Source of the DNA: Octopus sinensis
Lineage: Eukaryota
DNA length: 64,000 nt
Direction: 5' to 3'
NCBI RefSeq assembly: GCF_006345805.1
Contig: NC_043004.1
Location: forward strand, 49,228,001-49,292,000
Shown: piece by piece, positions 50,763-63,705 of the stretch
How the letters are laid out: every line of letters starts with the position of its first letter
How positions within the stretch are numbered: the stretch's first letter is position 1
The notes under the pieces: generated by a model
What the model was told of the DNA's origin: nothing
The model's input: only the letters and a program-made list of their open reading frames with translations
Database searches by the model: none
Translations under genes and position numbers: made by a program

Positions 50763-50948
50763 CTATCTATATACTTTATTTAAAAGCAGCAGAATTTCAA
50801 CAAAACCTGTTACTCGGAGTAACTTTTAAATAAAGCATATTACTTTTAAATAAAGCAATATGCTTTTAAATAAAGCATGTTACTCTACCCCTGGTATTTG
50901 AGTACTCTTTTTTTCACCTTGTTTCACATTTATGTGTTTACTCCGGTA

Positions 50949-51031
<83 letters not shown>

Positions 51032-51054
51032 ACATACATATATATATGTATATA

Positions 51055-51114
<60 letters not shown>

Positions 51115-52440
51115 CACACATCCTAGTTGCATCCTCTTGAAGCACATCTGCTTATTCCAGTATTCCAAATCTGTATGTAGATGTTATATTTGTGTGCGGT
51201 ATACGCATGTGCTGAAAATACAATAAAAAAGGTTTTCTGCAGAGTAACTATATATCAAAACAGGAGACTGGAAATGTTCTTGACACTATTTATTTACCAT
51301 TACTCATACTATTACTCATACTATTATTGGATGCTCTCTACCCAAGAATTTTTGATAGGAGATACCTCACATGTTTTTTCTACAACATGCACAATTTTGT
51401 AACTCCTATTAGCAAATGAAACACGCGTGTGTGTGGTTGTGTGTGTGTGTGTGTGTATACACACACCGGAATTAAGTATCTAGATTATATAAAAGTTAAG
51501 AAGACAGTTTTATAACTGGAAAATTTCCGCGTATGTCATTTGGTGACTTTTCAGCATTGTTACTACAACAATATCACCTGTGAAGCTACAAACAGTAGTC
51601 CAGGTAGTCAAATAAATCGACCGAGAATAAACTTATTTTGTTTGTTTGAATTTTGCCTTCCGTTAATAAAGTCCATTAACTGTATCTAAATAGCTTAACA
51701 AGTTGTATGTGCAGGCGGACAACGACCTCCTCTACAAAGACGACATAGAAAAAACATGCTACACTCACTCAGTTTACTGATAAATCATCGTTTTACACAA
51801 GAGATGACTAAGATTAATTAAACAGAGTTAATTACTGTTTTATGGTATATTTTGTAGACATTATCGGCACACTTAAGATATTCGGGTATTTCACGCGTAT
51901 AATATAAATAATACTCTACGAGCCAATGAGGGATCTTGTGATTACTAAGACTAATTAATCTGAGTTAATTGCCGTTTTATATATAGTGTATTCAGAGGCG
52001 AAGCCAGGTCCTAAAGTTAGGGGGAGTGAGCTCATAAAAAAGGGCGCCGTAATACACACTGAACAATTTTTAATTCTTTTCTCTTATGAGAAAAAATTCA
52101 TTGGTTGTAATATAGGTAATTGTATTCTACGTTGCTTTATTTCACATTTCAGTAACGATCTCATTATGTATGAAACTTAAACTACTGACACAAGTTTGAC
52201 GTGAAAAAGATGGAACTCCACGGGATTGCCCAGTGTCAAGAGTTTATGACGTCAGGGTTTGCTTTCGTTCTTCAGATATCAGCGACCACCAACGCATCGC
52301 AGGAGATTGAGCAGACAATTCAAAAACACGGGTGGTTGGTCAAGTATTGTAATGACTCTATAAAGTTCTTCCAAGTCCATGCGATTAACAAAACGAAAAC
52401 GAAAAGAGATTTGATTTTTATCGTACAAATGAACTAAAGA

Positions 52441-52857
52441 CGTAAAGTATACTAGCCATCTTAATATGGCTAACCACTAGGGGTGGGGGGTGTTACTGTA
52501 GCTTTTTAGCCCCAGGAGATCATCGTCTCCAGCTGGCTTGTGTCTAAAGGCGGCGAGCTGGCAGAAACGTTAGCACGCCGGGCGAAATGCGTGGCCGTAT
52601 TTCGTCTGCCGTTACGTTCTGAGTTCAAATTCCGCCGAGGTCGACTTTACCTTTCATCCTTTCGGGGTCGATAAATTAAGTACCAGTTGCGCACTGGGGT
52701 CGATGTAATCGACTTAATCCATTTGTCTGTCCTTGTTTGTCCTCTCTGTGTTTAGCCCCTTGTGGGTAGTAAAGAAATATATATTAAGATGGCTATTATA
52801 CTTTACGTTGTCGAGCGCTTACTGTTTACATCTCGCTCAGAGATTTATTATTGCTTG
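52441..52857. mobile_element. 5'-inverted retroelement insertion with a SINE B at the inversion junction
   Basis: 12-bp TSD ATGAACTAAAGA (52429-52440, 52858-52869). Homologous to ~1910-2048. SINE B occupies 52547-52779. Confidence 0.8.
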
Positions 52858-53221
52858 ATGAACTAAAGAGTTTTAAATAAATTGCTGAAAAGGCGCCAAT
52901 TTTGAAAAATGCACTCGTGAGGAGCTGTCGCTCCCGTCGCTTTCCCTTGCCCCGCTATTAGCCATGCTATTGGGTGCATCTTATAAACAATAAAGCACTT
53001 TAATTTAGAACATTTTATAGATGTTTAGTGGTTCCAGCCTGTCGTTTCCGTTTTTCATCGGAAGTTGTTGATGTACATATTCGATAAACTTTGCCTATTT
53101 CAATTTCTTTCAATCACATAAATAATCTCGATCTGCCATCTTATCGACTCTTCCATATTTACTTCCTGCCGCCTCTCACCCCAACCCTCACCCCTTTTGT
53201 CAATATCATCTTTGTCTATAC

Positions 53222-53584
53222 CAGAGGTTCTCAATCGCTTTTTTCTTTTTCCTTTTTTCTTTTTTTTTTCTTGTACCTAACGACCCCCTTTGATTACTAT
53301 TTTACACTGATGGATCTCCATCGCCACTCAAAGTTTAAAAATTAGTTTTATAGATATTTCTTTCAGAATTCCTATTCTGTTTTTCACACATTTACTCGGG
53401 TAGTTTGAACATAGGCGCAGGAGTGGCTGTGTGGTAAGTAGTTTCCTTACCAACCACATGGTTCCGGGTTCAGTCCCACTGCGTGGCACCTTGGACAAGT
53501 GTCATCTACTATAACCTCGGGCCGACTAAAGCCTTGTGAGTGAATTTGGTAGACGGAAACTGAAAGAAGCCCGTCGTATATATG

Positions 53585-53625
<41 letters not shown>

Positions 53626-53956
53626 ATGTGTTTATGTGTCTGTGTTTGTCCCCCAACATCGCTTGACAACCGATGCTGGTGTGTTTTCGTCCCCGTAACT
53701 TAGCGATTTGGCAAAAGAGACTGATAGAATAATTACTAGGCTCCAGCATGGCCGCAATCAAATGACTGAAACAAGTAAAAGAATAAAAGAATATGTAAAA
53801 CGTAAGAAAAAGAACACTCGTTGCTCCTTGCAATAAACACATCTAAAGCAAAACTACTTTCAAGAACCCTTAAACTACTGATGTGGGTCTCCGATTTACT
53901 ATTTTGCTTGTGTGGACCCCCAAAATCTTATATGGACCCCCAGTTAATAACCACTG
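53222..53956. mobile_element. Degenerate hAT/Charlie-like MITE containing a SINE A (53414-53790)
   Basis: CAGAGGTTCTCAA...TTAATAACCACTG ends and GGACCCCC motifs. Confidence 0.5.
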
Positions 53957-55469
53957 CTCCAACCTTTACCTGTTTTCATTTTCGTTACCAATGGTCCTCC
54001 TTTTCCCCATATTTATGGTTATAGAAAAACAAAAATTATCTGCATAGGTACTAAAGTGTTTAATAATGGTATATCTTATCATTTAACAAATTATTAGTGG
54101 TTAAAACTTAAACCGACTACCCCGTTTCCTGCGAAAAGGTTACGGGTACAGTTATATATAAAAAGAAGTTTTCCAAGAAGAGAAGAAATAACACTCACCA
54201 AAAAACAAAATATTTCAGGGAGATGAAAATCGACATGCATTGAGGACGCATAATTTTTCGTACTCACAGAGTACTACATAAGGATTTAAGAATACTGCAT
54301 TTTAATTCAGAAAGGAAAGTTTTTCTCGGATTATCTATCATATAATTTCTATGAAACGAATGTGAAAGTTTATCATAAAAACATTTCTACGAATGGCACA
54401 CCTCTTCTTCTTCTCTTCCATACTGCATAGAATAGATGGAATAAATTGTAAGTGCCGTCCTAACAAAGAAAGTACGGTCAAGTAAATTTTTTGATATCTA
54501 GAAACACGCCCAACACAGGCGCGAGCAAACGCACGCAATTTTTGTAGTCTAACGTCAACACTTCGATAATACTACTGTGCTGTAGTTTTAATTGACGGTA
54601 TAAGTTTAAATTAGGAACGACTGTATACAACAAGCAACTGTACTGAATTGTTTATTATCTGCTATAAGGAGGATGGTTAGCAATAGTAATAAAACGATTT
54701 GTTCAACGGATTTTATTTCCGAAGAAAATAATAAAGCCCAATTAATTGTTTCACGAATTTAAGACGAGAAATAGAATGGGCAGTTCGTTGATTGGTATAT
54801 TCACGCGCGGTCCCAGGAAGTTTTCGAAAGAAGGGCACAAGATCAGAAGGGAATACAATTCCAGGGGAAAACGGGCGTAATGACATTATTTAGAAGGGCG
54901 CACTTCTTTTCTTGAGAGGCTCCCCACCCCGGGTCTGCCTCTGATATCACATACATACATACATACATACATACATACATACATACATGTGTGTGTGTCT
55001 GTGCGTATACACACACAAACACACACACACATATAGACACACAAACGTGGCTGTGTGGTAAGAAGCTTGCTTCCCAACCACATGGTTTCGTGTTCAGTGT
55101 CACTGCGTGGCACCTTGGGAAAGTGTCTTCTTCTGTAACCTCGGGTCGACCAAAGCCTTGTGAGTGGATTTGGTAGACGGAAACTGAAAGAATCCCGTCA
55201 TATAAGATATATATATATAAAATATATATATATATATATAATATAATATATATATATATGATATGAAATGTTTTGGTATCCAGGAGACCCAAAAGGCAGG
55301 TAAGGCTATATAAATGCTTCGGAAGGACCGCTGTTAAGCTCCCTGTTCAATAATAGCATAAGTGAGAAGTCCAAGACAGGTCGTGTGTGAGCGTGTATAT
55401 GTTAAATAAAATAAGATAACAAGGCCAGGGCAATTTGATATTCCTAGGACATTTATAAATAGAAAGATT

Positions 55470-55514
55470 GTCTTACATCTGTTTCAGGGAAATAAATATC
55501 CCATCATCAGAGAC
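55470..55514 (-). ncRNA. Minimal type I hammerhead ribozyme
   Basis: GUCU-CUGAUGA-uGGGA...UCCCu-GAAA-CAGAUG-UA-AGAC. Confidence 0.7.
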
Positions 55515-55874
55515 GAGTTAAAAGAGCTTCAATAGAAGGAATTAGTAGAGTTAATTTTTTGAGAAGTTATTCTGGAGAGGGAGAGATATACAAGAAACTA
55601 GATGTAATGCGCAAAGTATAAAAGGAAAATATGAAAATAAAAATGCATGTCGGATGCTAAAGTTGCTGTTAAAGACGACTCTTTACCAATTCTACACAAC
55701 TCATCTCTTGGATAACGAAACAACAACTTTAACACCCAACATGTATTTTTATTTTCGTATTTTCCTTTTATGCTTTGCGCATTACATCTAGTTTCTTGTA
55801 TATCTCTCCCTCTCCAGAATAACTTCTCAAAAAATTAACTCTACTATTTCCTTCTACTGAAGCTCTTTTAACTT

Positions 55875-55922
55875 GTCTCTGATGATGGGATATCATTTAT
55901 ATCCCTGAAACAGCTGTAAGAC
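55875..55922 (+). ncRNA. Minimal type I hammerhead ribozyme, canonical and intact
   Basis: GUCU-CUGAUGA-uGGGAUAU-cauuu-AUAUCCCu-GAAA-CAGCUG-UA-AGAC. Confidence 0.82.
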
Positions 55923-56254
55923 AGCCTTTCTATTTATAAATGTCCTAGGAATATCAAATATATACATATGTTTGTGTGTGTGTGTGTGTAATGTGCATAT
56001 ATTATAATATATATAAATTCTATATATAAAAATTCACGTTGAAACTGAATTTTTCAAGTCTCCTTGAATTACTACATGTTTTAAGAACCATGCTTTTCAC
56101 ATGGCCCACTTTATGTAGGAGCATTATGCGTGAGACCAAAAGCAAATCTTTTTGCTTAGGCACCCCGAAATAAAGCAAAAACATTGTTTATAAAGAAATA
56201 TTCACTCTTAATGCAACATGAATACTTCAATAACTTAATTTGCCATTACTATCT

Positions 56255-56664
56255 CTCTTTACTCTTTTACTCTTTTACTTGTTTCAGTCATTTGACTGCG
56301 GCCATGCTGGAGCACCGCCTTTAGTCGAGCAAATCGACCCCGGGACTTATTCTTTGTAAGCCCAGTACTTATTCTATCGGTCTCTTTTGCCGAACCGCTA
56401 AGTTACGGGGACGTAAACACACCAGCATTGGTTGTCAAGCAATGCTAGGGGGACAAACACAGACATATACACACACACCCGTACATATATATACATATAT
56501 ACGACAGGCTTCTTTCAGTTTCCGTCTACCAAATCCACTCACAAGGCATTGGTCGGCCCGGGGCTATAGCAGAAGACACTTGCCCAAGATGCCACGCAGT
56601 GGGACTGAACCCGGAACCATGTGGCTGGTTAGCAAGCTACTTACCACACAGCCACTCCTGCGCC
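56255..56664 (-). mobile_element. SINE family A, full length, young
   Basis: Matches family A. Confidence 0.92.
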
Positions 56665-57164
56665 TATCATTACATTCAAGAATGAAATCGATCTTTTTTC
56701 TGCCTGAATTTATTCCAGGTTTTTCTCTTATGAAATACACACATACAAGCGGTTTGTGTGTTGAAATTGGTCTTTTTTCTACTTCAGTTATTACATATTT
56801 TTCTCTTATAAAAATATGGACATACAGGAGGAGTAAATTATACATATATATAAAAATACTTTGAATTTGACTCCCGAGAAACAGTAAAAGTAATTACCTG
56901 ATCAACGACAGGTACTACTGCTAGTATATATATAATAATCAACATTTTTTGTCTTTCCATTCGGGGGTCAGTACAATTATTTTTCTATCTAACCTCTTTC
57001 TTTCTCTCGCCCTCTTTCTGTTGATTGTTTTCAACCTTCACCATCACCGCAACTGTCATACACACACCATTCAGACTTCTGACGCCACCACTATTAGTAC
57101 CTTTGACTTCGCCGCCTTCCCCTCCACCACCATCACCACTGTCTTTCACATTGCTTACTATCAC

Positions 57165-57412
57165 CGTCATCCCTGACCGTCTCTGCTACCACCACCACCA
57201 TCACCGTCGCCTCCACCTCTACCACAACTACAGCTCATACTATTACTATCACCCCATTACCATCACAACCGTTAATCTACTACCGTCCTTACCGTCTCTA
57301 TACCTACTATTACTCTCACCCCAACATATGGAATAGTAGAAGTGTCAATGAATAAGTGAGAGAGGAGGGTCAAAATGTGACACACTGACACACGAATTCG
57401 TTTTGGCATTTA
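57165..57412 (+). repeat. Unclassified interspersed repeat
   Basis: Homologous to 40594-40830. Confidence 0.7.
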
Positions 57413-57624
57413 TTATTGTAGAAGGCGTGAAATTGAAAGGATCTTTTGGACGATATTCTTTTATTCTTTTACATGTTCCAGTCATTTGACTACAGCCATA
57501 TTGGAGCACCGCACTAAAGGGTTTTAGCTGAAGTAATTGGTCCCAGGATGTATTCTTTGTAAGCCTAGCCTCTTTTGCCGAACTGCTTAAGTTGTGGAGA
57601 TGAAAACACACCAATATGGATCAT

Positions 57625-57670
<46 letters not shown>

Positions 57671-58219
57671 GGGGAATTAAAAACGAAGCAGACTAAAGGA
57701 AAGAGACAGAATGGTACAAAAATATTCCATGAATATTTCTACAAATGGGTAAAAAATTAAGGAGTGTGTGCGTTAAATAAATAATATTTCCAGGATTAAA
57801 TAAAAAGAAGACAACAAACGGAATATATATATATGCATGTATATATGCGCACACGCTCACTTGCGCGCGCATTCACGTCCGATAAGCGACAGTTCTCGAT
57901 ATCTGTTCCGTGACTGAGCATCTGGTTGACGCTCAGTCACGGAAAACTTGCTACGAGATAAGGTTGCGCATGTTTCTTTTAATCGTACATCAGAAGTTGA
58001 CAGTTTCCGTTATTGAAGTGTTTCTACTGCATAGATTTAATGCCTTAGCATGGAGTAATTCATAATTGGTATGGATATTTGTTGAGCACTTTAAAGAAAA
58101 TTACCTTGCAAATATAATTATGAGATACCCTGGGGAGTAGGCATATCTTGTTACCGAGTGTGTGTATGTACACGCGCGCGCACTCACTCACTCACACACA
58201 CACACACACACACACACAC

Positions 58220-58255
<36 letters not shown>

Positions 58256-58274
58256 CACACATATATGTGTATGT

Positions 58275-58507
58275 AAGGCGGCGAGCTGGCAGAAACGTTA
58301 GCACGCTGGGCGAAATGCGTAGCCGTATTTCGTCTGCCGTTACGTTCTGAGTTCAAATTCCGCCGAGGTCGACTTTGCCTTTCATCCTTTCGGGGTCGAT
58401 AAATTAAGTTCCAGTTACGCACTGGGGTCGATATAATCGACTTAATCCCTTTGTCTGTCCTTGTTTGTCCCTTCTATGTTTAGCCCCTTGTGGGCAGTAA
58501 AGAAATA
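58275..58507 (+). mobile_element. SINE family B
   Basis: Matches family B. Confidence 0.92.
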
Positions 58508-60014
58508 TATATGTGTATGTATATATGTATTTATCCGTATGTGTGTGTGCTTCTGTATGTATGTATATGCCACCAGGGAAAATGAACATTAAATGATGAT
58601 GATATATGCATGATGATACGTATACATACACGCGCGTGCATACACATACGCACGTTCGCACACATATACTCACCTAAAAAAAAAAAAAAAACTTTAAAAA
58701 CCGGGATTTTTAACGAAATCCTTTGCAGGCAGAAATTCAGTGAGTCTGTAAATGACTCGCTGGAAACCCACAACCAAAGACGCTATTGTTCACCTTTTGC
58801 AATATAGGCATGCAAACAAATAAATAAATAAATAAAAAGTAGATAAATACACGACCACAACAGAAATATATTCTCTACTTTACACTCACACAATAAAATA
58901 ATAAAACGAAAATAAAAACTAAAACGTTAATCACTGTCGGCAATGCCAAAAAAAAATCTATCAGGAACAATAAATAAATTAGAACTGACCATAACAAAAT
59001 CGATAAACTGGAATCAATTTCCACAAGCAACGAATAATCAAACATCTCTGGGAGCAAAAAAAAAAAGGTAAAATAGAAATAAAAGCTATATACGATCACA
59101 ACCAGACTCTTCTCCAAGAAATTCTTTCCACTGAAGTAAATCCAAAACATTATTAAGCTAACTAACCTAATTTACTTTAGTAACCATAGCAGCATCAAGG
59201 GAAACTTGGTGGTATGGCGACCCTAATCAAATAAAAATACCCCGCAGCTTCCAAACCCGCGAAAACGGTTGAAAGAAAATTGCTTTTATCTTCCCGCTTT
59301 TTATCTTTTACTTGTTTCAGTCATTAGACTGCGGCCATGCTGAAGCACTGCCTGGGAGGGTTTTAGTTTTAAAAAGCATCAATTATGCTTTTTGCTTCTT
59401 TTCTCATTTAATTCTTTTACTTGTTTCAGCCTTTGGACTGAGGTCAGGCTGGAGCACCGACTTGAAGAGGTTTAGTCGAACAAATTATCCCCAGTACTTG
59501 TTTATCTTTTTTAAAGTCTGTAACTTATTCTGTCGAACTCTTTTGCCGAACCACTTAGTTTCGGCAACATAAACAAACCAACATTGGTTGCCAAGTGTTA
59601 GTAACGCTTAACCACACAGCTGTGCCCGCGCATGAAAAAAAAAAAAGAAAAAGAGTTTAAAAAGATGATGGATCCTTACTGAACGAAATAGAAAGGAGGA
59701 AAGATCGAATTTGGAAAAGTGAAGAGAAATGCAATAATAAAATAAAGAAGTGAAAAACATCAAGGAAACGAAAGCAATCCTGGAAGTGAAAGAAAGAATG
59801 AGAGAAACTATTGATCCTAGCGAAGATCTATAAGACAAAACGGATTGTGTGAGGGTGAAGGAAGTATGTGTGAATGTGTGTGGTGGGGAGGCATTTGAGA
59901 AAAGGGGTAAAACAATGAAGGAGCTCTTTTTTAAAGTCAAAACCATGTACTCGAAACAATTGTTAAAAGGGCACAACCATAAACAAATAAAAGATTGGAG
60001 AAAAAAACAGCAAC

Positions 60015-60054
<40 letters not shown>

Positions 60055-60055
<1 letters not shown>

Positions 60056-60562
60056 TGATTGGAAGTGTTATCATGTACATTGTTTTGTCTTGGTATAAAA
60101 GATGGGCTACAGCAAATATTCTGCTCAATACCACAGATTTGCTTGTCAGTTGTTTGACCTTAACCAGTTGAGCATGTCCCTTAGTGGCTGACGATATGTG
60201 CATCTCTGATCACTGGCAGAAGTAGTGGGGGAGCATCATAGCCATGTGTTGAGAGGGATTCTTTTGGGGTTTGAATAGTTCACCTCTGGAAACATGGGTG
60301 GTTCTTTCAACATCCTTAAACAACCCTTATTCAGGGACCGTTTGAGCGGGATGGGCTACTCAACCTGAAGAAAATTCTAACTGGGCCCCACCTGCAAGGT
60401 CATGTGCTGTTTATCTTGATATGAGATCACCATGTCGCGCACATATGGTTGTGATGCATGTGCCTGGTGTACCTTTATCAGACGGGTAGTCATGATGGGT
60501 ATATTGGGCTTCGTATATTTTACCCCAGTGTCACTTTGATGGCATGAACTGCTCTCTCACTC
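60055..60562 (+). mobile_element. Probable Dong/R4-clade LINE 3' UTR inserted in (TAA)n
   Basis: Complex sequence bracketed on both sides by (TAA)n, the known Dong target. There is no coding evidence. Confidence 0.45.
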
Positions 60563-60694
60563 AATAATAATAATAATAATAATAATAATTATAATAATTA
60601 ATTCTTCTTATTGGCCACAAGGGCTGACACATGATTAGAAAACATAAAGGGACAAAACAGGACGAAAGGTTACAAAGGGTTTTGTTCGTTTGTA

Positions 60695-60758
<64 letters not shown>

Positions 60759-61462
60759 AAGAAGAAGAAGAAGAAGAAAACCTTATTGAAGAAAAATCTA
60801 CTATAGGACATGTTCTTCGCTCAAATCGATACCACGAGAATAAAAGCAAACAGTTGACGTGTAACTAAATCGTACCATTGAAAAGCCAGTACACTTTGAT
60901 AGACAAGTTGGTGATCCCTTTTGACCTGGACATCACACACGATGACGAAGCCCCAAAACAAATAGACAATGCGTGGAGAATAAAAATTTGTAAATTGATG
61001 ACCTGGGTATGATAAAGATGGACGTGCACAATATAGTAAAAAGACTGCATCAAAGTTCACAACTCATACAACGGTCCGAAATTTTACGAAATAAGTAAAC
61101 AGAAAAAAAACCCTTCAGTTAGATATATGCAACGGGTACTCTACACAAAAGGCTTTGAATTCAGCAACATAACTGTCATATGACACATATGATTCTACGA
61201 GTAAAACAATTCATATCTTACATGTTTTACAGGTATGACACGATTCACACAAGTCATATTCTACACAATTGCCATCTCAATAAAACAGTACAATTTGCGA
61301 TATTTTAATTTTGGCGCGGCTTTTTTCATTCTGAGTTCAAATTTCACCAAGGTCGTCTTTTTTTCTTCCGTGGTGAATAAAATAAACAAGTACAAGTGCC
61401 AATTTAATCGACTCTATCCTTCCACCAGATTTATGATTTGGTAACAATGCAAAAAGTTAATA

Positions 61463-61889
61463 CAGCTGAGAGTCTCTTATACGAAATTTCCGGAACCGAA
61501 AATATTGCGAATTTTTAATTTTTTAATTTAAAAATTTTTTTCGGATTTTGGAACTTATTTTATATTTGCATCTATAAAAATGGACAGCTTTAGGATGGGA
61601 CCTAAGTCTAAACACAATATCCAAATAAATTTCATAATATAATATATACACATACACTGCATGTACAGTAGTTTTATATAAATTTTGTATAATTTTTTTA
61701 TACCTTCAGAAATGCAAGACATCAGTCATCATTTACGATGTCATGCTTTGATTGAAAGAAAAAAAGAAACAAGCATGATCCCTGCTTGCAAACTTGAAAT
61801 GCATTTGTGGTGTCATGTCAGCAGTCAAAAAACTTTGGAATTTTGGATATTTTCGTATTTTTCAATAAATGATAAAGGATTTTCAATTG
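61463..61889. mobile_element. pogo/Tigger-like non-autonomous element (Tigger4/MER46-like)
   Basis: TA|CAGCTGAG start; motifs TTTTTTCGGATTTTGGAA, GGATGGGACCTAAGTCTAAACAC and TTGTGGTGTCATGTCAGCAGTCAAAAA match my recollection of Tigger4. Confidence 0.6.
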
Positions 61890-61980
61890 AATGCGACTTA
61901 CGCAGCACAGATTCTACACAGTCATCTGATATCATAAGACAATGTCTTCACAATCACCTCCTAATATTATACCACACTAT

Positions 61981-62240
61981 AAGGTCGGTGAGCTGGCATA
62001 AATGTTAGCACGCCGGGCGAAATGCGTAGCCGTATTTCGTCTGCCGCTACGTTCTGAGTTCAAATTCCGCCGAGGTCGACTTTGCCTTTCATCCTTTCCG
62101 GGTCGATTAAATAAGTACCAGTTACGCACTGGGGTCGATATAATCGACTTAATCTGTTTGTCTGTCCTTGTTTGTTCCCTCTGTGTTTAGCCCCTTGTGG
62201 GTAGTAAAGAAATAAGTATTTCGTCTGCCGCTACGTTCCA
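61981..62240 (+). mobile_element. SINE family B plus a restarted partial unit
   Basis: Matches family B; restarts at GTATTTCGTCTG (~62216). Confidence 0.9.
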
Positions 62241-62487
62241 ATCTGCCGCTACGTTCCATTTTGGGATTTCCTGGTATCTGAGCTAGGTAACAATCAGCCT
62301 CCTTTGCTATCATTCCCATGGCACCTATGACAACAGATATTGTTTTAGTTTTGAGGTTTCACATTTTGCCAATTTCTATTTCAAGATCTTTATACTTGCT
62401 CAGTTTTTGGTAGATCTTGACAGATACATTTATGTAGATTGGAACAGTCATAGACTGTACTGTGGAGAGGGTACAACATATACTCAC

Positions 62488-63280
62488 TGTCACGTTACAA
62501 CACCCTCCGCAGTTTGCATCACTACGTGTCGGTCAATTCGGCAGGGATATTGTATAATTAGAACAAGAGAAATAACTGGAACGATAAACAACAATACTTT
62601 ATTCCACACGGCTTGTCTCGTTGATGGTGTTACGGCAGTCATAAGTCAAGCAAAGATCCAGACTGGGTGTCTGGCATCTGGAATGCTGTCAAACGTTCAC
62701 TGCCCTCTAGTCCCAGATGTCGGATAATTTGATCGGTCGGACTTGCGCTTGTGGCGTGGGGAGTGACGACGTTCTCGTGGAAATCTCCCCATTCTTTAAG
62801 TAGACGAGAACTAGCTGGCTAGTTTGTTCTGAAGGATTTTCTCCATGAAGATTACGAGTACCTTAAAAAGATATCTGGCATGGCAATGCTAACGCGCGTG
62901 CGGATAGCGGTGATGAAACTGCCGGTCCAAGTTCGAGATAAACACCACAGGCAAGGAAGTGCTCCCAGTAATAATGCTTGTCCGGGGTTGCACACAAAAT
63001 TACGAAACAGCGTTCGTTTAGTAACCAAGGATTGATGACTTACGGAGCCATGTCGAACCGTTGGTGTCCATTTCAAGACGGACCAGGAGGTGGGCTGAGT
63101 CTATCGTGGAAATCATTTCGCCATCTTCCATTGGCCGAAAATATAATCAGGTTTCCTCTGTCTGATGGCATTGGCGAAAGAGGCTGAACCGTGGGCACGA
63201 TGATAAGAGATTACTTTCTTGCCAGCTTCCTAAACCGACTGTGTATTTATAGTAAGGAATCATTATAGCACATTATAGAT
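62488..63280 (-). mobile_element. Possible LTR fragment
   Basis: Begins TGTCACG on the + strand, with a minus-strand AATAAA near 62600. The other end was not found. Confidence 0.3.
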
Positions 63281-63285
63281 ATATT

Positions 63286-63493
63286 ACTCTTTACTCTTTT
63301 ACTTGTTTCAGTCATTTGACTGCGGCCATGCTGGAGCACCGCCTTTTAATCGAGCAACTCGACCCCGGGACTTATTCTTTTGTAAGCCCAGTACTTATTC
63401 TATCGGTTTCTTTTGCCGAACCGCTAAGTAACGGGGACATAAACACACCAGCATCGGTTGTCAAGCAATGCTAGGGGGACAAACACAGACACA

Positions 63494-63539
<46 letters not shown>

Positions 63540-63705
63540 CATATATACGACGGGCTTCTTTCAGTTTCCGTCTACCAAATCCACTCACAAGGCTTTGGTC
63601 GGCCCGAGGCTATAGTAGAAGAAACTTGCCCAAAGTGCCACGCAGTGGGACTGAACCCAGAACCATGTGGCTGGTAAGCAAACTACTTACCACACAGCCA
63701 CTCCT
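63286..63705 (-). mobile_element. SINE family A, young
   Basis: Matches family A. Confidence 0.92.

Larger units (their letters stand above)
51993..54943. mobile_element. Possible old hAT element with nested insertions
   Basis: Ends CAGAGGCGAAGCCAGG / CCGGGTCTGCCTCTG. FVLQISATTNASQE (ORF 52201..52437) resembles the hAT dimerisation motif. No TSD seen. Confidence 0.4.
55433..55959. mobile_element. Penelope-like inverted repeat (~238-bp arms, 48-bp spacer) with a hammerhead in each arm
   Basis: Arms 55433-55670 and 55719-55959. Confidence 0.82.

Noticed and set aside
50775-50880. Three tandem CTTTTAAATAAAGCA copies plus one inverted copy
   Set aside because: Most simply slippage or repair filler inside a microsatellite-embedded repeat; no evidence of function.
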